From: Candidatus Kapaibacterium sp.
Lineage (GTDB): Bacteria > Bacteroidota > Ignavibacteria > Kapaibacteriales > UBA2268
Direction: 5' to 3'
Length of the DNA stretch: 64,000 nt
Assembly (NCBI GenBank): GCA_963664875.1
Contig: OY761611.1
Span: 2,848,001-2,912,000, forward strand
Shown: positions 48,136 through 56,299 of the stretch, in pieces
Layout: every line of letters starts with the position of its first letter
Numbering within the stretch: position 1 is the first letter of the stretch
Notes under the pieces: generated by a model
Databases searched by the model: none
Told to the model about the DNA's origin: nothing
What the model saw: the letters and a program-made list of their open reading frames with translations, nothing else
Program-made: the position numbers and the translations under genes

Positions 48136-48254
48136 TTATAGAGGTGCTAAGGGCTGTATAGGTTTAACAATCTCACACTTGAAAAAGTTTAAAGAGATTA
48201 GAGTAGGTAAGCACTAAATGCGCTTACACTTGTTAAACCGATATTGGAGGTAGT

Positions 48255-48416
48255 ATGCAAAATACCACTGAAAATACAAAAAAGAGCGGCAGCCCTGACA
48301 AGCCCCACCGCTCTTTTTTGAAATACTTAACTCAAAGCATTGAAGCTGTGAGTAAGTTAACGTCGCTAGCTAAAGGGATTAAATCTCTTTTAAAAGCGAT
48401 AAGTGAGATATTCTAA
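48255..48416 (+). CDS. Unannotated 53-aa peptide with C-terminal amphipathic helix; candidate type I toxin
   Basis: GGAGG Shine-Dalgarno at 48246-48250, ATG 48255, TAA 48414-48416; MQNTTENTKKSGSPDKPHRSFLKYLTQSIEAVSKLTSLAKGIKSLLKAISEIF. Below the length cutoff of the ORF track. Confidence 0.7.
   Translation: MQNTTENTKKSGSPDKPHRSFLKYLTQSIEAVSKLTSLAKGIKSLLKAISEIF
48277..48320 (-). terminator. Terminator hairpin inside the peptide ORF
   Basis: Perfect 13-bp inverted repeat CAAAAAAGAGCGG/CCGCTCTTTTTTG; the stem extends by G-U pairs only on the minus strand. Confidence 0.75.
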
Positions 48417-48466
48417 TCTCGCAATTGGATGTCCCTTTTCTTTCGAGACGAGGGGCATCCTCTTGT
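48277..48466 (-). ncRNA. Candidate antisense RNA (~190 nt, putative antitoxin)
   Basis: Minus-strand promoter TTGGAT-17-TATATT (48501-48473) and minus-strand terminator at 48320-48277. Confidence 0.6.
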
Positions 48467-48470
48467 TATT
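48427..48470 (+). terminator. 3' hairpin/terminator of the peptide mRNA
   Basis: GGATGTCCCTT-T-TCT(TTCG)AGA-C-GAGGGGCATCC with UUCG loop and plus-strand G-U pairs, followed by TCTTGTTATT. Confidence 0.7.
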
Positions 48471-48472
48471 GT

Positions 48473-48501
48473 AATATACTAAGTAATTGATATATATCCA
48501 A
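48473..48501 (-). promoter_or_regulatory. Candidate sigma70 promoter of the antisense RNA
   Basis: TTGGAT-ATATATCAATTACTTAG(17)-TATATT on the minus strand. Confidence 0.55.
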
Positions 48502-48589
48502 ATAAGGAAACCTTTTTAAATATATACCTGTACTGTTTTTTTAGAATTGAAAATATTATTGAGCGTTAGCTTATACTATCAACTATCAA

Positions 48590-49129
48590 TTATTCAATGA
48601 TTGTATAAATAGGGCCTTTGTTTGTAAGTTCGCTTGCTACTAATTTCACATCAAATCCATCCATAAATCCAAACTGTTTATCTTTATAAGTTTTGATTTT
48701 TTGTGAAAATGTATTTTTATCTGCTTCTTTTATTCTAATCAGTGTAAGGTGCGATTGGAATTTATGTTTTTCGCGAGCAAAGCCAATTTTTTCTAACTTT
48801 GATTCTATTTGACCGGCTATTTTGTTTAATATATTTGCTTCCGAAAAGACAGGAACATAAAGAAGACGAGGATTGTGCAAATTGGGAAATGCTCCTACTC
48901 CCGAAAATGATAGATTGCGTTTGAAATGCTTTAATTCGTCTTTCAAAGCATCCTTTATCTCCGGAATCTTTGACTCTTCTGTGTCCCCGAGGAATTTGAA
49001 AGTAAAATGCAGATTGGAGTGTTCGACCCATTTACCTTTAATGCAGCCTGCAAAATCATCTTTGATGTCATCTAATACAAATCGGAATATATCCTGATCG
49101 ACAAAAGTAGCGAGAAATAATCTTTTCAT
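48590..49129 (-). CDS. thpR: RNA 2',3'-cyclic phosphodiesterase
   Basis: Two HxT motifs (NLHFTFKFLG, HLTLIR), RLFLA start, GPIY end. Confidence 0.93.
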   Translation of the reverse strand: MKRLFLATFVDQDIFRFVLDDIKDDFAGCIKGKWVEHSNLHFTFKFLGDTEESKIPEIKDALKDELKHFKRNLSFSGVGAFPNLHNPRLLYVPVFSEANILNKIAGQIESKLEKIGFAREKHKFQSHLTLIRIKEADKNTFSQKIKTYKDKQFGFMDGFDVKLVASELTNKGPIYTIIE

Positions 49130-49141
49130 TTGAAAAACCTG

Positions 49142-50335
49142 TTAGAAATCAAATTCAGCTTTTAATAAAGGCAAAATACTATATTCTTTTTTTTCTGCAA
49201 TGAAATAAATTGCACCGAGCTTGAAAGAAATATTATAAAAGTTGTACTGTATTGCGTTGCTAAGGATATAAGCCTTGCCTTGTGCTTCTTTTAGCATACT
49301 TGCTTCGCTTGTATAGTAAAAATTATTGTAGAGTCTAAATACTCCTGCCAAGTTCAAAATATTAGAAGCAAAATCTTTTTCCATCTCTGACTGGTAAGAA
49401 TACAATACAGAAATGTTATTCTCATCACTACCGAAATTAAGACCTAAATGTAAAAGTCCCGGCATTTTACCCTCTTTATGGAATGCAATTGCTTCTGCAA
49501 ATAGTTTGAGAGACTTTGTTAAAGGAACAGCCCCCTTTACTGAAAAAGATATTGGGTACTTTCCGCTTTGTTCGTAAAGTATTGGCATTGCAAAGCCTCC
49601 GCCTATTTGCAGCCAGTGGCTGATGTTATAACTAACAGTTGTATAATATAAATCTATAACTTCAGCCTTCACTTCTTCTGCATTCCCAATGTATGCTGAG
49701 GGTAAAAATAAATATCTGCTACTAAAGCGGTTTATTATATTCTGATAGTCAAACATTGTATCACCATTAATGCTGATGATGCTTTCAAGGTTCAAATGTA
49801 AAGTATCATTGTCTCTAATTGCACTACAAGCTGCTGAGTTCAGCCCGACTACCCTGCAATCAAAATCCCCGTATTCATAGGTACGGAGTGTTATGCTTTC
49901 TCTCTTATTTTTGATAAGTTGTATCAGGTTAAAAAGTCTAATATCGGGGAAGTCGTCAGAATACTTATCTTCAATCACATCAATTGGCAACTGCATGATT
50001 CCTGCACCTGTGTCTAAAAGAATTTTGTCTTGACTTAATCCGAAGAAGATGCCTTTGCATTTTTCAATTCTTTTTAAATAAATTGGCAGGCCTTTAGGCA
50101 ATATCTCTAACTTTTCGCGGAAAGATAACTCCGGGAGAGAAAAGAGCATCTCTATTCTGTTTTTTGGAATATGCTTTAGTTTGTTATTGTTAAAAATTGA
50201 AATATTGAGACTATCGTGAGAGTTTATCTTGCCGATGATTATATGCCTTGAATTTGTAACAAGAATATCTATGCTCATGGCAGAATGTAGCATTGTAAAC
50301 AGTAATCCGGCAATGAGTATTGCATAATTTGGCAT
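49142..50335 (-). CDS. Hypothetical exported protein, probable C-terminal outer-membrane beta-barrel
   Basis: Signal peptide, short repeated N-terminal beta modules, RYLFLPSA, terminal Phe. Confidence 0.7.
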   Translation of the reverse strand: MPNYAILIAGLLFTMLHSAMSIDILVTNSRHIIIGKINSHDSLNISIFNNNKLKHIPKNRIEMLFSLPELSFREKLEILPKGLPIYLKRIEKCKGIFFGLSQDKILLDTGAGIMQLPIDVIEDKYSDDFPDIRLFNLIQLIKNKRESITLRTYEYGDFDCRVVGLNSAACSAIRDNDTLHLNLESIISINGDTMFDYQNIINRFSSRYLFLPSAYIGNAEEVKAEVIDLYYTTVSYNISHWLQIGGGFAMPILYEQSGKYPISFSVKGAVPLTKSLKLFAEAIAFHKEGKMPGLLHLGLNFGSDENNISVLYSYQSEMEKDFASNILNLAGVFRLYNNFYYTSEASMLKEAQGKAYILSNAIQYNFYNISFKLGAIYFIAEKKEYSILPLLKAEFDF

Positions 50336-50547
50336 TGGTTTGGATTCTAATCATCAAACATAATTGCAAATATAAATCAAATGATGTATTCTAAAGAAAT
50401 AACTTCAAGCTTTTTCCGTAAATTTGTTTGGTAGGCAAGGAATTTATAATCACACCTTGCCTTATACGATTTAGAATAGTATATTGATATTATGTAATCA
50501 TATCTTTTGACTGAACAGAAAATATCAACTTTCAAGATAGAGCTATT

Positions 50548-51729
50548 ATGAAAATAGAACAGATAGAAATCAAAAACTTTAAAGCGTTCAAACATGCGGT
50601 CATGAAAGATATACCAAACCTTTGTGTGGTTGTTGGTGCCAATGGTACTGGGAAATCAACACTGTTCGACGTTTTTGGCTTTCTAAAGGATGCAATGACA
50701 GACAATGTAACATCTGCCCTAAATAAAAGAGGTGGATTTGTCCAAGTTGTAAGTAGAAATATTGATAAGCCGATAGAACTTGAAATTAAGTTTAGAGAAG
50801 ATAAAGATAAGCCTCTAGTTACATATCATTTGATAATTTCACTCGAAGCGGGAAAGCCAGTGGTCGAAAGAGAAATATTAAAATATAGGAGAGGTAGCAA
50901 AGGGAAACCTTGGCACTTTCTAGACTTCTCCCGTGGTAGAGGCTCTTCAATCACAACAGAGTTAGAATATTTAGAGGATGAAACAAAAGAATTAGAAAGA
51001 CAAGATCAAAAGCTTTCTAGACCAGATATTCTTGCAATTAAAGGCCTGTCTCAATTTGAGCAGTTTCCAGTAGCTGTCAAGTTTGGTAAATTAATTGAAA
51101 ATTGGCACATCTCCGATTTCCATATTACAAGTGCTAGAACTATTCAAGATGATGCATATGCGGAACATTTGTCTAGAGAAGGGGAGAATTTGTCATTAGT
51201 AACGAAATACTTATATGATCAGCATCATTTTGTTTTTCTATCTATACTTGATAAATTAAAAAGCAGAGTTCCTGGAATTACTTCAGTTAGTGCAAAAACT
51301 ACCGAAGAAGGGAGGGTCTTACTTAAATTCCAAGATGGGAGTTTCAAAGATCCATTTTTAGCAAGATATGTATCAGATGGTACAATCAAAATGTTTGCTT
51401 ATTTAGTATTGTTATATGACCCAGCACCTCACCCTCTACTTTGCATCGAAGAACCCGAAAACCAGCTTTATCCCAAGTTATTAGTCGAGCTTGCAGAAGA
51501 GTTTCGGTTGTATGCAAACAAAGGCGGTCAGGTTTTTGTCTCAACTCACTCACCGGATTTTCTAAACGCTATGAAAATTGAAGAAGTTTTTTGGTTGGAG
51601 AAAAAAAACGGATATACCGGAATTAAGCGTGCTTTTGATAACGAGCAACTCAAAATATACATGGAGAACGGTGATCAAATGGGGTATCTCTGGACTCAGG
51701 GATTTTTTGAGGAGGTTGACACAATATGA
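50548..51729 (+). CDS. ABC-type AAA ATPase (AAA_21/AAA_15, OLD/AbiEii-like)
   Basis: IEIKNFKAF, Walker A GANGTGKS, signature VSDGT, Walker B IEEPEN, H-loop STHSP. Confidence 0.92.
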   Translation: MKIEQIEIKNFKAFKHAVMKDIPNLCVVVGANGTGKSTLFDVFGFLKDAMTDNVTSALNKRGGFVQVVSRNIDKPIELEIKFREDKDKPLVTYHLIISLEAGKPVVEREILKYRRGSKGKPWHFLDFSRGRGSSITTELEYLEDETKELERQDQKLSRPDILAIKGLSQFEQFPVAVKFGKLIENWHISDFHITSARTIQDDAYAEHLSREGENLSLVTKYLYDQHHFVFLSILDKLKSRVPGITSVSAKTTEEGRVLLKFQDGSFKDPFLARYVSDGTIKMFAYLVLLYDPAPHPLLCIEEPENQLYPKLLVELAEEFRLYANKGGQVFVSTHSPDFLNAMKIEEVFWLEKKNGYTGIKRAFDNEQLKIYMENGDQMGYLWTQGFFEEVDTI

Positions 51730-52283
51730 TGCATCTTGTGTTTTTTGTAGAGGAGCTTTCTGCTAAAGAATTCATAGACAAACTAATTCCGAGAATATCT
51801 ACAGAAGTTACGTTCAAAACAATTCCCTTCAATGGGAAGCAGGACTTAGAGAAGAATTTATTCAAAAAAATGAAGTATTACCTCGTATCCAATTCCTATT
51901 TCTTTGTTGTACGAGATCAGGATTCGGGTGACTGTATTAAAATAAAACAGAATCTTTCCGACATCTGTAGAGAAACAGGCAAACAGGATTATATAGTAAG
52001 AATTGCTTGTAGAGAATTAGAAAGCTGGTACTTGGCGGATTTATCTGCTGTCGAAAATGCTTTAGACATTAAAGGCATTGCTAAACTGCAAAACAAATCT
52101 CAATATAGGCAGCCTGATAATTTAGAAAATCCTTCCAAAGAGTTGGAGACACTGACTAAAGGCCAATATCAAAAAGTATCAGGTTCAAGAAAAATAGCTG
52201 ATTTTATTGATTTGAATAATAATCGCTCTAAAAGTTTTTATCATTTTGTGCAAGCCGTTCGTCGCATTAGCACAGCTTCCTGA
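51726..52283 (+). CDS. DUF4276-family TOPRIM-like protein
   Basis: FFVEE (TOPRIM Glu), RDQD (DxD), ACRELESWYL, NRSKSF; ATGA overlap with the ATPase stop. Confidence 0.82.
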   Translation: MMHLVFFVEELSAKEFIDKLIPRISTEVTFKTIPFNGKQDLEKNLFKKMKYYLVSNSYFFVVRDQDSGDCIKIKQNLSDICRETGKQDYIVRIACRELESWYLADLSAVENALDIKGIAKLQNKSQYRQPDNLENPSKELETLTKGQYQKVSGSRKIADFIDLNNNRSKSFYHFVQAVRRISTAS

Positions 52284-52376
52284 CATATTGCATCCTATTT
52301 CCCTTTTTTATCTGCTTTTAGCTGTGATTTTCCGTAAATTTGTTTAATTGAAAAAATAATTATTGGCGGAAGAGAT

Positions 52377-53015
52377 ATGGAAAAGAAATTTCTCGTAATT
52401 GGTCTGACCGGCGGTATAGGCTCCGGCAAATCCGAAGTTGCAAAATACCTTTTGGAGCAAGGCTATCCTGTAATTAGTTCTGATGAGAACGCAAAAAAAA
52501 TTATGGCTGAAGACAAATCTCTGCAGCAGGATATCAAAAAGACTTTTGGCGATGAAGCATATCTCGAAGATGGAACTCTTAATAAAGAATTCCTAGCAAA
52601 AAAAGTTTTCGGACGCGATAAAACCTCTGAAGATAACTTAGAAAAACTTAACCAACTTGTGCATCCCCGCACAATAGAGCTAATGGTAAATACAGTTGAC
52701 AACTACCGCAAAGAAGGCAAAGAAATAGTCTTTGTTGAGTCTGCTCTCATTTTTGAAATTGGGATAGATGACGGCTTTGATTATGTAATAGCGGTAGATG
52801 CGAAAGAAGATATAAAAATCAAGAGGGTAATGGAAAGAAGCAGCATCAGCGAAGAAGAAATCAAATACAGAATGAGTCGCCAGTTAAGCTCCGAAGAAAA
52901 GCTAAAAAGTGCCGACTTTTCAATAGAAAACAACGGCAGCATAGCACAGCTACGCTCAACTGTAGATTTTCTCATGGACATTGTCAAAGAGTTACCACCA
53001 AAAGAGTTTGAGTAG
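52377..53015 (+). CDS. coaE: Dephospho-CoA kinase
   Basis: IGLTGGIGSGKS, LNQLVHP, RMSRQ, ADFSIENNGS. Confidence 0.95.
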   Translation: MEKKFLVIGLTGGIGSGKSEVAKYLLEQGYPVISSDENAKKIMAEDKSLQQDIKKTFGDEAYLEDGTLNKEFLAKKVFGRDKTSEDNLEKLNQLVHPRTIELMVNTVDNYRKEGKEIVFVESALIFEIGIDDGFDYVIAVDAKEDIKIKRVMERSSISEEEIKYRMSRQLSSEEKLKSADFSIENNGSIAQLRSTVDFLMDIVKELPPKEFE

Positions 53016-53017
53016 GA

Positions 53018-54124
53018 TTACACAACTACCTCAAACTCAAAACGTCCCCAAACTTCACCATTTATCTGCAAGGATAAATAGTGTTCGCCTGTGTATAATT
53101 TGCGGGTTGTTCGTTCCTGAAAGGAATATTTCTTTTCTAAATGGCGGGTTTCTGCTGAATCGATGTGTAATTTTTTCAGTTTAAAGACTTTTGGAGCATT
53201 TTTACCGTTGGCTTTTTTGAACTCAATAATAAAGTCTATCATGAAATCTGCTGCTTCTCCGGTGTTGCTTATATCAAAAGAGAAAATCTGCTCTTCTCCG
53301 ATTTTAACTTCCGGTTTCAGCTTGAAATTATTTATTTCAAATTTCGCAGGAGCAATTCCCATAAGCTTTAATGCAGCAAGATAGCCTTGCTTTATAAGTG
53401 TTCTTAATGCGTGCGAAGTCAGCCATTTCATTTCAGGTGTAGAAATTTCTTTATTCCATCTTTCTAAAGTGTCGCAGACTATTTGAGGATTGTCTTTTGA
53501 AATATCATTCAAATTATTAGCCACCGAGCGCCTCACATAAAGTACTTCGTCGTTTTTGAGTAGCTCCAATAAATCTATCACCGGCTTTGGATCTTTGACA
53601 AACTGATGCAGTCTTGAGCCAAGTGGCAAACGTGGGCGAGTGCCCTCAGATACCAATCGTCTTACGTGCAAATTTTTATCCTTAGCCCACTCTGCAAGAA
53701 GTACCTGCATCTTATCAGGATATTTCTCTATAAATGGTCTGATGTCTCCTTCTGCTGTAAAACGTTTGGTCATTTCGTAAAGAGCATTTGTAGAAATTTC
53801 AAAGTGTTCTAATCCGTTGCGAGCCACAAAGTGAGTCAGAGGCATAATTATAAAATTATCAAATCCGCTAAGCTCGCTTGTATCTAATTCTGGTGGAAGT
53901 GCTTTGATTAGAACATTTAATGACTCTGCATAGTCTTTTGGAAGATGCTTCTCAAGAGAATAAGTTATAAGTAGCATTCTGTCTTTATAGTTCAAAGCGT
54001 CTATATCTTTGGCTATTTCATTTACAAATTTGTTGCTGTCGAAGTCAGCATATACAGCTTTTATCCAAGAGGCAAGTTCTTGAACTTTTGCAGTGTTGAA
54101 AACCGTCCGAAATTCAAAATCCAT
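53018..54124 (-). CDS. DNA alkylation repair enzyme (AlkC-like HEAT + C-terminal Ig-like domain)
   Basis: TKRFTAE..IRPF, HVRRLVSEGTRPRLP, YVRRSVANNLNDISK, KVFKLK, TTRKLY.G.H. Confidence 0.88.
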   Translation of the reverse strand: MDFEFRTVFNTAKVQELASWIKAVYADFDSNKFVNEIAKDIDALNYKDRMLLITYSLEKHLPKDYAESLNVLIKALPPELDTSELSGFDNFIIMPLTHFVARNGLEHFEISTNALYEMTKRFTAEGDIRPFIEKYPDKMQVLLAEWAKDKNLHVRRLVSEGTRPRLPLGSRLHQFVKDPKPVIDLLELLKNDEVLYVRRSVANNLNDISKDNPQIVCDTLERWNKEISTPEMKWLTSHALRTLIKQGYLAALKLMGIAPAKFEINNFKLKPEVKIGEEQIFSFDISNTGEAADFMIDFIIEFKKANGKNAPKVFKLKKLHIDSAETRHLEKKYSFQERTTRKLYTGEHYLSLQINGEVWGRFEFEVVV

Positions 54125-54285
54125 GTTTTAGGCTCTCTATTTTGTTTTGATTTATATCGAATATACTTCTTGTATATTGGAGAAAAACTTACCTGATTAA
54201 CCAATAACTGCAATGGAAAAAAAAGAGTTTTCTTTTAGTATGGATAGATAGTATCTTTGGAGCTTATTATCATAAAATTCTTCAC

Positions 54286-55140
54286 ATGGGCAATATGCGA
54301 TTTTCCCTACACGATACTGCTGTAAAAGTTGGATTAACTAAAAGGACTATCAGAGCCTTAGAGATTAGATATGCTGCAGTAAAGCCTGTTTATGATTTAC
54401 ACCAAAAACCGTTTTACTCTGCAGAAGACTTAGAACGCTTAAAATATTTTTCTGAAGCAATTAAATTAGGCATGGATGTTAAAACTATTGCACATTGCAC
54501 TAATGATGAGCTCGAGCTAAAAGTGAAGCTGTATAAGATTGACAATCAACATCCGCTTTTTGACAATCTACAAGAGGCAGTTTCTATGGTTGAAAATTAC
54601 GATGCCTTTAGTCTGCAAAAACTGCTATACGATATGAGGATTGAGCTCAGTAGAGAGAAACTTATATATGATTTTATACTGCCATTGGTTACTATTAAAT
54701 CAATCTCCGGATTAGAAAAATCATTTGTTGAGACTGAATTACTGTCTTTTCTTGCAGATATTATAAAATCTTCGAAAACAAAAGAATACCATCCGCATCT
54801 AATCCTCTTTTGTCATCATGACAAATTTAAAACACTTCTCTTTGCCGTAGCAAGTTTGCTTTCAGGTTTTAAAATAAATATCTCATTTGCAGCAACCACT
54901 AATCTGAAATCTTCGATTTATAACATTTGTTATAAAGTAAACTGCGAGGCTGCATTGCTTTTAGGTCCTTATAAAAAAGAAGTTTACGATAATCCTCCGG
55001 ATCATATTCCTACTTATTTTGAGATAGTTGATATTTCGGCACAGGAATTGATAAATACAGAATTCTCGCAGGAGAATTTTGTTCTTAAAGATAAAGTCGA
55101 AAAAGCGATTGAAAATATAAAGAAAGCTCTCAACCTATAA
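54286..55140 (+). CDS. MerR-family regulator, CarH/LitR-like with degenerate cobalamin-binding domain
   Basis: GLTKRTIRALEIRY..V.P...YSAEDLERL HTH; NYD..L..LL...L....LIYDFILPL cap domain; no W-x9-EH or ExHxxG motif. Confidence 0.7.
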   Translation: MGNMRFSLHDTAVKVGLTKRTIRALEIRYAAVKPVYDLHQKPFYSAEDLERLKYFSEAIKLGMDVKTIAHCTNDELELKVKLYKIDNQHPLFDNLQEAVSMVENYDAFSLQKLLYDMRIELSREKLIYDFILPLVTIKSISGLEKSFVETELLSFLADIIKSSKTKEYHPHLILFCHHDKFKTLLFAVASLLSGFKINISFAATTNLKSSIYNICYKVNCEAALLLGPYKKEVYDNPPDHIPTYFEIVDISAQELINTEFSQENFVLKDKVEKAIENIKKALNL

Positions 55141-55250
55141 TCCGATGGCTATATAACACCACCTTGTAATATTAGCCACTAATGGTCGAAATTAACCTGA
55201 CTTGAATATTAAAATATCCGTTTTTGCCAAAAAATAAGAGTATTTGCTCT

Positions 55251-55267
55251 TTGGCACTTATTTTGAA
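55251..55267 (+). promoter_or_regulatory. sigma54-like promoter of the flgB operon
   Basis: TTGGCACTTATTTTGAA (GG-N10-GA), 29 bp before flgB. Confidence 0.65.
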
Positions 55268-55296
55268 GTAGTGCTTTAAGCAGATAATACGTAAAG

Positions 55297-55731
55297 GTGG
55301 AAAAAATGGTATTTAGAAATCATTTATTCAAAGACAGATTGCCTCTGATGAATAGAGCTTTAGATGCTTATGCTGTGAGAAACAGGACAACGGCAAAGAA
55401 TATAGCTAATGTCAACTCTCCGCACTACCGACCTGAGAATGTGAAATTCGAAGAGTTTTTCCAAAATCAGGAAGTAGTAGTAAAAGGCGAAAGCTCTGAT
55501 GGTGGAGTCTCTATTCCTTTGGGCAAAGTAGAATACGAAGATGTAGAAGGCGAAGTGCAAAATGCACCTGTTCCAAAACCGGAAATTTATTTCTCGGGCG
55601 AAACACATGTCAATATTGACCGCGAAATGTCAAAAATGGCTGAAAATCAAATCCGTTTCAGATTTGGCTCGCTAATGGTAAATAAGTTTTTCCGCGGAAT
55701 GTCTTCTTCTATATTTGGAACTAAAGAATAA
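55297..55731 (+). CDS. flgB: Flagellar basal-body rod protein FlgB
   Basis: ALD...R....AKNIANVNSPHY, VNIDREM..MAENQI. Start may be ATG 55306. Confidence 0.93.
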   Translation: MEKMVFRNHLFKDRLPLMNRALDAYAVRNRTTAKNIANVNSPHYRPENVKFEEFFQNQEVVVKGESSDGGVSIPLGKVEYEDVEGEVQNAPVPKPEIYFSGETHVNIDREMSKMAENQIRFRFGSLMVNKFFRGMSSSIFGTKE

Positions 55732-55782
55732 GTATTTATACTGTTGCAGGTTTGTTTTTTTTGAATCATATTAGGTGCGAAT

Positions 55783-56268
55783 ATGCCTGAAAATATATTT
55801 TCATCGTTTGACATTAGCGGTCAGGGCATGAGTGTGCAAAGAATGCGTCTTAGCTCAGTTGCAAAAAATATTGCTAATGCCAACACGACAGTTGGAGAGG
55901 ATGGCAATCCTTACCAGAGAGAAGTTGTTGTAGTTAGGGCAATTCCCGATAGCCCGTTCGAAGACGAAGTGCAAAATCAGATAGCTTTGAAGCAGTCCGA
56001 TTCTTCACATGCTTCCAACGCCAGACCGGGAACTTATCCTCCAAACTACGATGTGCTAAAAGCAGCAGTTGCACGAGACAACTCTCCGGCAAGACTTGTT
56101 TATGATCCTAATCATCCACACGCCGACGACAACGGATATGTCAGGATGCCTAATATCAATGTTGTTACGGAGATGGTAGAAATGATTACAGCCCAAAGAG
56201 GCTTCGAGGCAAATACAGGAGTAGTTGATGCTACTAAGAATATTGCTAAAAACTCTTTGGAAATTTAA
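55783..56268 (+). CDS. flgC: Flagellar basal-body rod protein FlgC
   Basis: NIANANTT, YDPNHPHAD.NGYV.MPNINVVTEMVEMITAQRGFEAN. Confidence 0.96.
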   Translation: MPENIFSSFDISGQGMSVQRMRLSSVAKNIANANTTVGEDGNPYQREVVVVRAIPDSPFEDEVQNQIALKQSDSSHASNARPGTYPPNYDVLKAAVARDNSPARLVYDPNHPHADDNGYVRMPNINVVTEMVEMITAQRGFEANTGVVDATKNIAKNSLEI

Positions 56269-56299
56269 TGGGGGGTTATAATTTATAACCGAGGTATGT

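Noticed and set aside
48141-48240. Possible TPP, lysine or c-di-GMP-I riboswitch (GAGGTGC start, GAAA tetraloop, CTAA/ATG)
   Set aside because: Core motifs are missing (no CTGAGA/ACCTGA for TPP, no GCAAA/GACGCAAA for c-di-GMP-I, too short for lysine); kept only as an unknown structured UTR.
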